A DNA stretch of 59,667 bases, the filler included, from Sphacelaria rigidula (Eukaryota), in NCBI GenBank assembly GCA_964200075.2. It is 6 parts of 6 records of this genome, joined end to end, with 100 filler letters (N's around TTAATTAATTAA, not from the genome) between each part and the next. Parts side by side here need not be neighbours in the genome. Positions count along the whole stretch, not along the records: positions 49,808 to 59,667 come from CAXNAA020007612.1; 5 more parts are not named here. One strand, written 5' to 3'. The position numbers were made by a program, and so were the translations under genes. This document shows positions 50,029 to 59,667 of this stretch, one piece after another (positions within the stretch are counted from its first letter, which is position 1; every line of letters begins with the position of its first letter). The notes beneath the pieces were generated by a model. It searched no databases. It worked only from the letters and a program-made list of their open reading frames with translations, and had not been told where the DNA came from.

Positions 50029-53000
50029 CTGGAGTTGATATTCTGCCAAACGATCATTGAGTGTTCTGTTAACCTTGAGCAACCGGGCACATTCGTGACG
50101 ATATCTTCTCACGAGCAACGCCATCTCGCCCATCATAGTCTCATTAGATCGTATCTTAAGACCCATCTCCGCTTTCTCGCGGCAAGCCTGCCAGTCATGG
50201 GCGCACACCAGAGGATAAACAACATTAGTCACCAGGGCGAAGGCGTCCGTGAGACATCCATCCATGCGTAAAGCCAGCTGTAACATCTTCGGTGTGCCAT
50301 GTTCAAAAGTAATCGCCGAAGCACGCGAGGGAAGGCCTGGCAGCAGGTCGAATATTTATGCTCCCGGGAACAACTACTTTATTCCAACATGAACATGTAT
50401 CCCTCACAGCATGTGGTCGCATGGCATGCCCGGCGTGCAATGTGGAACACCACAATTTGAGAGGCCAGTCGTGTCCGCCCTTCACCTGCAGACCTGAACT
50501 GCTCAGCGGTAGAGACTGGTTTGATCGTGTTCCAACTACACCGCCTAATATTTACACACACATGATAGTTTATTCTAGTCGCACCACTCGTGCTTTGCGC
50601 TGCCTTGAAAAACTCTGCGAGATGGCTAGATGTGGAGCACCCGTCCCCTCTTGGGTACAGCCTTGAAACAAGGTAACATTACCTGAGTCTCTGACTCTGC
50701 AAGCTGCCATTTGGCGTATTGCTGGAGGTTCTTGACTCGCTGCTTCCACTTTGTCTGTCTCACGTCGCGGCTATCACCCCTCTCGCTACCCATATCCAAC
50801 CCGTCGGAATCGCTGCTTTCCAACGAACCGTCGGCGAGGTTCGTCATCTCGGCCTTGAAATGGTTTAGTTTCTCCAACTCCTGCTCCAAGGAGGCTACTT
50901 TCTGATCGACCCAGAAAGTATACGTTATTGAAACGGCATCAGAGGCGACTTTTTTTTAACCCATCCTCACAAGAGCTGGCGACTGGTAGCTCGTCGGATC
51001 TATTGTACGTACTGTCACAACAGTAGTGTGAAAAAAAAAACGGGTTGGGACTTCACCGGGAGATAGCTAAAGCCACTCCGGAACAGATCGAAATCTATCC
51101 ATGTGTCTTTTATGGGGGAATCTCGATGCATCGAGGCCGTGCCCGCGCAAGTAGCATCTGACATACGATGTGTGCGATTCGCGGCGGAAGATCGTGCAGA
51201 ATCCTTTGCTGCTATGTCAAACCTACCTCGCCGTGCCTTGCCTCGAGCAGGGCGATCTGTTCCACCGCCGACAATCTAGCCTTCTCCAACTGCTCCTGTG
51301 ACACGCTCTCCCCTCTCAACTTCGCAAGCTCCTACAAAAACCACACCCCAAACGGTTGGGAACAGGATGCCAGCACAATAAAGCAGCAGCAGGGGAAGGG
51401 GGGGGGCGGTCTGGAGCAAGTTGTCTCAACAAATACCGCGTGAACGCTACACGAGAGCCGGACAAGGGGATCTACCGCGCACTAACCCGTTCAGAGGGCG
51501 GTATCGACATTGTCCTCGTCGTGCAATATCGTGAGAAACTTCGTCGGGGTGAGACGAGCATGACACACATACGGGTAGCAGATGTCATTAGCCACAACGT
51601 ACGCTGCTGAGACATGTTGAATCGCGGACGAGGATGTGCGGGTATAGTCGACGTCAGTTTCTCTCCTTACACCGTGTAGACGTTCAGGGACTTGCGGCGC
51701 AACCTCAAACCTTGACCGCCTCGGTAACGCGGCGTCCAACCTACGGAGTGCTTAATATTCTCAAACTTTGCTCGAGTGTACTTTTTTTAACTCGCAGGAG
51801 CTGCACCCACTCACGGTCTACATGACTGTGGCATGCAATTATTGGTGCAGGGGAAATATATTTAAAGAAAATACTTTCATATGTATGTGTTCGTCATTCA
51901 AATACGTACCGGGTCATGGCCAGCATGGCAAAAAAACGAAGAGTGGAAAACGGGAAAAAAATTGGCACAGCACGCGGACACGCACTAGGAAGGAGTCTGT
52001 AGACTGAAAGGGGAAAGAAAAAGTCTGTCCGAAACTTCAGGAAATCAGAAGTACGGGTGAAGGGGGAATTCACTTCTTCAGGATTTTCGGAGCTTCGTTA
52101 GTTACGCCAATATTAGAGGTGTTGGCCGATATAAGTCATGCGCATGTGCGTCCGCCGAAGGTTTTGAGCAGAGCTCCAGCCGCCGACACGGCACATCGGG
52201 AAGAACTACCGGGTGCAGCGGGAGACCCTTGGGATATGAATGGCTACGTTGCTATTTGACTGGCGGATGATCAGTTGGCGAATGACCATTGTTCATACCG
52301 AAGATCTCTCGTAGTATCCAGCAAATACGTATTACGTGCGGTGCAGGTGTGCGGTATAGCTAGGCAAAAAATATATGCTCCTCTGGTTTCACCATCTCTG
52401 TGTGTATATGGTGTGAATATGTAGGGCAAGCCTGGCCCCGGCTAACAGGGGCCGGAGCTGTCTGCACAGCGACTGCGCGTGAAGGAGCGACTCCTTCAAC
52501 GAATACAAGGGGGAAGCAATTATGTTTTTTACTGTGCTCCTGTGTCCAACAGCTCTGCTCCCGAGACAAGCGGTAATGGAGAACACCAAAGAACGTACCT
52601 GCGACATGGCGAGCTTATCGGCCTGGAGCGCGCGAGCCGTGTCTCTGAGGCGAAGAACTTCGCTATGCTCGGGGTTTTCATTCAGGGCCTGGCTTCCTCC
52701 CTTCGATCCCGGAAGGTTCAGCTTGAGGGCAGTTCGCTCAATAGCCTCCAGACGACGCCGGAGGTACTGGTTTTCGTCTGAAGCTACCTGGTGGGGAGGG
52801 GGCAAGCGTGTCGCCAAAGTTAGAGGCGGTGTCATGCACTAGAAGCTTGACTTCGGAGGTCAGTTCACCACTTGGTAGGGGTGGGAAAATTCTTGGGAAA
52901 TTATGATTTCGAATAACGCTGCCACTAACACTAATCCTAATCCTAACCCCAACGAAGGCATACCGAGAGCCCTCGGGCAAGGGTTTTGCGAAGTATTCCC

Positions 53001-56000
53001 TAAACAAAGTGTGCGTTGCCCGACCTCAAATCGGCGTCCCGGGCGCCGATTTATACAAAAAACGCATTCTGCGCACGCCAGGAGTACAGCATCCCCATGA
53101 AAGATCCGGATTTTTGGGATTTTTGTTCACACTAAAATCAAGTAACTACCAAGTGGTAAACTCTTCTGTGACTCCGTACACCCGGTTTTTGTGTTAATTT
53201 TTCAACGTTCCATTCTTCCTGGACATTCTCGCGCCGTTCGGCATAGGCCTGCCTACGCTTGAAGCTAGTCCTGATGTTGTTGTCCCTTGCCTGCAAACGG
53301 GCGACCTTGGATTCAAGATCCGACTTCGTCTGCGAAAGATAGATGAGCTGAAGTTTCGCCGCGGCTTGTGTTTTTGGACTGAAATGACCATTCTCCGACG
53401 CCTTCCCCGCTTCCACGAGCACAGCTGCTTCCCTGGCGTTCACCTCCTCCCTAGCAAAACATACAGGTGGCGCAAGAGCACATGATCCATCGTCGTTCCA
53501 CGGGAACCGAACACGATATACTGTTGTGGATCCGTGCGTTCGTTAGAACGGTCGGTGTGTGTGTGTGGGGGGGGATACCCTATTGATTGTCTATCGCCAA
53601 GATTGAAGCTCGCTAGGCCCAAAACGTGTTCACGATTCATCTCCCTCCGAAATGAACGGGGTTTCCTAGGATTTTCACACGCGCCACCCTACAGTTCACT
53701 GCACGCATCGAAAGCCCAACGATCGTGCGAAAGGAGACAAACACTCTGCCACATCATGGCATGGTGGACCCGAGCAAGATCACACCTCAGCTTTGCGGCT
53801 TCTTCTACAGCCGTAGTTTTCTCCTTCGTAAGCTCCTTGACCTGTACTCACACGCAGACAGACGGGGGTACATTTCGCGAGAGAAAAATGGGAGGTTTAG
53901 ATACGTCCCCCGGGTACTGTGGGTATAGGTACATCGAGTCCACTCGGGAAGATCGACGTCATCCACACGCTCGCTGTGTTCCAAGCTAACAGGAAAACAT
54001 ATTCAGGTCGTCAGACCTGCATGTACCCCCCCCCGCGTTGTCGACATCCAGCGTCTTCGATTCATTGCTACCTGAAAGCGAAGCTTAGTCATGTTCTTGC
54101 GGAGCATTTCGAGATCCTCGTTTCCACTCGTGTCGTCGTTCACACTATCCTGTGAGGTTGCCAGATAATTACAAGGACAGGTAAACACAGGGCAATCGGC
54201 AACCGTCAGGTTGAGATGGTATTTTCGGGGTAAATACAACATTTATTGGGACGGCTTCAGGCATAGGCTTCGTCTTTAGCACTGATGACTCAAAATATGA
54301 AGCAGCGGCGAGAGTTCAAGTCACGAGGGCATACATGCAGTACCCCACAGTGCACACACTTCAGACACCCAGAGTGGACGGCCCTCACATTCTGCCTTGT
54401 ACAACGCCTACGATACTGCGTATAGTCTCGTCTATCTATGTATGCATGGTCCCGCTAGACGACATGTATGCGGTGCTTTCGTTCCCCAGTAGGCAATACA
54501 TGTCCGCTGTTGATGGTCCTTTCTCAGGAAACGTTCATGAAGAGTGGTACAAGGAGATTGACAAAACAAATCCAGCCCTGTCGGCAACCGGGTCCTTGCT
54601 CACCCCCCCGCGCTCCTTCCCGTCCTCTTCTTCCGTGCTAGATGCGGAACTATTCTCGCCACGGTCATTTGATGAAGGACACGGCACCACCCACTGCTGC
54701 ATGCCTTTCGCCCCCATCTCTTTCGCCATCCGGTCGGCAATAGTCTCACATCTTACGCCACCAGGTGAACCCGGTTCCACATGCCCGCCACCTGCCGCCC
54801 GAAACGAGGATGGAATCCTGATCATATCTGGGCTCTGCTGCTTCGTGCTTCGCCGTCTACTGTTTCCGCGGCCGGGGCTGCCGACAGTACTCTCTTCCAG
54901 AAGTGCAGCGGCATTCGCTGCCCTCTCTTCTTCCTCGCGCTTAACTCTATCTGCTTCGTTTTCCGCATCACTGGTCATCATGGTGTTGATCTTACGGAGC
55001 TCGTTCGTCTGGGTATTTTCGCGCAGTTTTTGGGGGGCAGGATGCGAGATGATCCTTGCCGTCTTTGTTGTCGTTTTTTGTCGGGGCGGATAGATGGTCG
55101 CCTACTTGAGGCGGAGAAGCTTGAGCTGCACACTACATGATGTCCAACTATGAGCAATCATTGTTCGGCCCTGATAACCTCAACTTGTCCGCCGTTGAAG
55201 TGATACTACTTTTGTGGACTATATATTGATCAAACTGATAATAGTGCTTGGATTTGACGGGGTTTACTGTGGTCCATCTTTTCGATAATATAGCGTTTGG
55301 CAAAGCCCCGCTTAGCAGGACGCACTGATGCTTCGTTCACTCGTGAGCGCGTCGGAGAAAAAACGTTCAAGATCAAATGTAATATCATCAACCATCGGTG
55401 TCGTAGACGCTGAGATCAGGTTTAATACCTTCCACGCAAGAAATGGACTGTGCCACGCTAGCTCCAGCGAAGATGCCCGGGCTGCCGTGAACACGTCAAT
55501 CACTGACAAAATAGCCATGTCCTAGTGCCGCTTGGTTTTGTGAAATCAACTCTCATATCTCCCTTGAAGGCATTTGGCACCACAGCAGTTTGACAAGGTC
55601 TATCGTTATCCTGTGTTCGCATCAGGGCTGCATGAAGAAGCCTTGGCGCCTGACCTCCATTCTAGACTGAACGAGTTGCTCCTGAGCCTTCTTCAAAGCC
55701 TCCTGGAGTTTTGGAAGCGCCGTTTCCAGCAATTCAAGGCGGGCCTGCGTGGCCCCTCGAGTGACCGCTTCATCCGCTAGTTCTTCCTAGTTCATGGGAT
55801 AGAAGGAGAAAACGCGCTTGCGATGTGAACACGCAGCGAGAAAGTACGTGGTTTAACGCTTGAGCTCTGGGGCAATCATATTTATCTGGACCGTAGCTCC
55901 CATTCGATGTGAGGTGTTCGGCATCAGCGAGCTGCTTAGTAAGTGCAAACTGTCTCGAAAAAGCATCTCGCTGCGCATCGCGTTTCCCCTTGAACACCGC

Positions 56001-59000
56001 TTATCCAAATGCGCAGCGACCAACGGGTGGTCCTCACCTTGAGATTTTCCATTTTTTTTTTCTCGATGACTCGCCTCAGCTTCGTCGCGACGTCTTGCTC
56101 GAATCTCATGCGCGCTTCTTCATGCCGCGCGGCTGGATTATTCTCCCCGCCATCATTGAACAATCCCCCGCGCACTCTCCCATCCCCGCGGGCACTCCCC
56201 ATCCCTCGGCCTGTGCTCAACCCGCCAGCCCCTACAATCAGGGTATCTCTGGCCGAATCTGGTTCTCCGGCCCTCGCTGCATGCTTTCGCTCGAGCCCCG
56301 CAACCCCGCCTGCAGCCCCTAGCTTTGCACTAAGGCGACGGCCAGTGGGCATTCCTGGGGCCATGGACGACAGAGGGCCGCGGAGGAGAGTGTGGGGGGG
56401 TGACAACAGTTTGACATGTCACTGGTCATAGGTGCGTGAAAGTTGACCACAAACGGCGTGTAGTCCGAGGTCAAGCACAATAATGGTCCATCGTGTTTGC
56501 TTCAGCATCTCCCGGGAGAGGATGTGGACACGTGACCTTGACGATTTGATGAAGGGGTCCGTGCTTTTTGCACCCCCCCCCCCCCCCCCCCTTTCCCTTT
56601 GGCGTTTGGCCGGCCGCCCCCCTTCGCGGCGGCTCTTTTTGTACTCACCTGAATTGTGCCGCAAAATGGAGAAGTGATGGCTTTCATGCAGCAAGCTACT
56701 GAACACATTTCTGACTCGCCTCGCGCGGATGTCGGTGCCGCCTTCCCACTGCTGATGACACCTCGGGCTGATCCGCGCGCCGACAGTTGCTCCTGGCGTA
56801 AAACACCACCTCCGCCCCCAACGCCGCTGCCGCCACCAATAACGCTGGCGCCCTTTGTGCCCCCGCCCCCGCCCCCCGCCGAAAACACATTGTGTGTACT
56901 CTTTCCTCTGGAAAATCGTCGTGACCTCTGCCCCGCACCAGCCATGACCGCCACATGTCGGGGACTGGCGCTGCGGGATCCTCCTCGCGGGCTCAAGTTA
57001 CCAATACTTCGTGGGGATGTGCGCGTTGCTCGAATTGAGTGTCGGCGTGATCGTGTGCCTCCCACGCTTCCATCTTCCGAGTAGGTCGCTGTGTGGTGGG
57101 CTGCTTCCACCTCTTCCTCAAGTGCCTCATTTTTGCATGCCAAGAAAAGGTGTGAACACACAAGGTAAGTAAGTATAACGGGGGAACGCCTTTTTTTTTT
57201 TCGAACTCTCATCTCTCTACCAGCTGCAGCGTTCCGGCACATTTTCGCTGGTTTGAAGGAGGGTGCTTTGTCGTCGTGTGGCATTTCCGGGGTACGAGTT
57301 GGGATAACATGCGCGTGCAAGAACTGCGGACACCCTTTGAGTGCAATACTAGCATGTGTAAACCCGTGCAATTCTGTGTGTTGCCATGTGGGTCACGACG
57401 CTCTCATTCGTAGGGCCAGCGGGGTTCGGTGACATGGGCTTGCGCCGTATGCCCCGCCTAAGCCGCGCAGATAGCAGCATTGGCTGCGAACCAAAGCATG
57501 TTTTCGTTAGCTGCGATCAAATACTTGAAAGTCGCTTGATTCCTGGATTGTGTATACTAGGCGGGATATCGAGGCATCTCAAGCTACACGACCACCAGAT
57601 GATCCTGGCTATACTTGAATACCTCCCAGGCAACGGTAAGACCTGGTACCTCAATGTATCGATGCGCCTGGGCCGCATCTTGTTCCGCCTGTAGCTTCCG
57701 CAGCGTGAGCATTTCCACGAATTGTTCGAGCTGATTCGTGAAAGGGGAGGTAGACAGGAACACAGTCGAGGAAGGAGAGATTAGGGTCGTTTGAGAGAGG
57801 GTGGGTGTTGGGAAGTCCACCCACCGTGTTCGCGCGGTGAACAATGCAACACAAGCTGCATGCCCGCAACTTCTCAAAAATACATCGAAAGAGTCATGCT
57901 ACGATAGGAGGGTTATTTTTTGGGACGTTTTCTTCCACGAAATCCCACTTCAGTCGCCGTTGAAAGCAGCCAACGGTAGTTCGAACGCGCTTGCTCTCGA
58001 TGAATAACGCTTGTTCATACTGCTTTACACCGCTTTTACCCGAATACAAGCGCACCGCGAGTGTTTCAGGTCGTTTGACGTATCTATGAGCACATTTTCG
58101 CGTGGAACCGAACACCCCCCCCTCCTATCGTAGCATGGCTGAAAAGTATATGTATATGTGTTGGTGAGTGCGTGTTCGCAATGGGACGAAGTTGACAACG
58201 ATCAGTGTTGTTCCGATAAGTAGTTTCGCGCGCCAAAAGCGATAAATATCACTTTCTACGACAGCCACCCCTCCCAAAACCAGCCCAAAACTGCCACGAA
58301 GAAAATGGTTATACAACCCCTGATGTTTGGGTTCAGGCTGCATGAAGCGCCTCATATGGGCGACATTGACGAAGACGAACCCAACCGTGGGGAGAACCCC
58401 CAGCTAATGGCCGTGCTTGGCTTTTTTTCATTTCGATTTGCGTGTAGACCTTGCCTCTCCAATCCAGCCACTTTTCGTGGCGGGGGGCTATCGTAGAAAA
58501 TGTCAAATGTGTACACAAGCACCTCTCTCTCTCTCTCTCGTACACACTCACACACACACATACACACACATACATACCTCTCGTAGCTTCTTACGCGTGA
58601 CAGACCCCTCGAGATGGAACTCAACACGGAGGCGAGCCAACTCCCCCTCGTGTCGGAGATCGATGTCACGCTTCGTTTCCTCAAGGATGCAACGGTCCAA
58701 TAATAGAGTATCCTGGGAATGAGGAGTATCATGCGCACGCAAAGTCCCGAGGGGAATCCACGAAGTGTTTTTTTTTCCAAGCATCGCACTACTACCGATA
58801 AAATCTTGGCGTGTTTTTCTCTGCCGGTAGCTGGAGGCGCTCTCGCAGCGCTTGCGCCGCTTGAGGAAACCGCTTGCGCCTGGTCGTGCATCAGTGATGT
58901 CATCCGACACAAATGTACGAGTTCTGTATGTACGCGCGATCTATCTCGAGCGAACTCGTCCTGTAGCACACCAACGTTTTGAGCTTCACAGACCTTGAGC

Positions 59001-59170
59001 TCAATCTTCGAGGCGTTGCGGTTCACGTCGATCTTCTCTCTGTAGCGCCGTTTGATCCACCGGAACTGCTGTTTTAATGCTGAAGCGAGGTCGTCCAGGT
59101 GGTCATCGAAGGCGCTGGCGACCACATCAACCATCTCTCGAATCCTACGTTCGGCTGCCGACCGCTGGTC
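50029..59170 (-). CDS. Partial multi-exon gene for a long coiled-coil protein with Gly/Ser/Arg-rich low-complexity linkers (at least 942 aa, both ends missing); function unknown
   Basis: Hand-spliced exons on the minus strand, in order: 59170-58880, 58712-58578, 57730-57650, 57125-56720, 56354-56038, 55786-55655, 55521-55429, 55008-54604, 54149-54072, 53841-53786, 53450-53291, 52787-52599, 51331-51227, 50901-50683, 50187-50029. They total 2826 nt, phase-consistent and stop-free. Heptad-like E/K/R/L-rich peptides, e.g. RKKLRE|LEQFVEMLTLRKLQAEQD and KVASLEQELEKLNHFK. Some boundaries are uncertain. Confidence 0.75.
57892..58140. mobile_element. Intronic MITE with CATGCTACGATAGGAGGG TIR
   Basis: AGTCATGCTACGATAGGAGGG / CCCTCCTATCGTAGCATGGCT; related end at about 48928. 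Confidence 0.7.
58249..58507. mobile_element. Intronic copy of the ACACTTTCTACGATA MITE
   Basis: CACTTTCTACGACAGCC...GGCTATCGTAGAAAATGTCAA; the body is the reverse complement of 31275-31531. Confidence 0.75.
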
Positions 59171-59667
59171 CTGCACGACGGTGACGGGGAGTCAGCGGCC
59201 TTTTCTTACTGTAGCTATTTTCATGTACGACTTGAAACAACATCAAACATGTTGTAGTGTTGCGCGTGTGGCCCCGCTTGCTGCTGAGCTGCGTCAATTC
59301 AGAGACGATGGGGGACACATACAGTCGCGGTACACGCCTCACACGCGATGACAATTGAGTTATACACTTGGAAAAAAACGGGAGAGAGATGACGGCGGAA
59401 GCATATATTCGTAGGCGTTTTGGCGCCTAAAATTCAATCCCTGTGTCCTTCGTCCTCAAGTGGAGCAGTAGTTTTTACTGTCAACAGGGGTACACGAACA
59501 AAGGAATCCCGCACGCCTACCTAACCCTCCCCTCTCCCCCCCCCCTGTCATCACCCACTTTGTTCAAGGTATTCATTGATGACTTGATAATAGCAATAGA
59601 AGCAGCAGAGCAAGGGATTCAGGTGGGTGAGGAGATGTTATCAGGATTGATGTTCGCGGATGATTTT

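Overview
This window is not one locus. It is six unrelated contigs of nearly equal, descending length (9862, 9862, 9861, 9861, 9861, 9860 bp), joined by artificial 100-bp N/TTAATTAATTAA/N spacers. The DNA is eukaryotic, intron-rich and very repeat-dense; retroelement motifs, intron style and TTAGGG-type repeats suggest a brown alga (inference). Two host genes can be rebuilt by hand. The first is a complete-looking 4-exon soluble hybrid histidine kinase (PAS-like/PAS-PAC/HisKA/HATPase/REC, about 738 aa, 41358-46651, +). The second is a partial 15-exon coiled-coil protein gene (at least 942 aa, 50029-59170, -) whose best-fitting model uses three GC-AG introns. Mobile DNA includes a Ty3/Gypsy remnant (protease plus truncated RT), an RTE-type LINE fragment, two tRNA-derived SINE families (one nested in the other), and many MITE/fold-back families (Tc1/mariner-, Harbinger- and piggyBac-like, plus unclassified). 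Several minisatellites are also present. The most notable items are the intron-poor histidine kinase, a candidate virus- or bacterium-derived gene, and a 195-bp TG...CA mini-transposon with a perfect 22-bp TIR and telomeric repeats, whose empty site is preserved in the opposite arm of its host palindrome. No CRISPR array, rRNA or intact tRNA was found, and I cannot establish a new multi-gene system from sequence alone.
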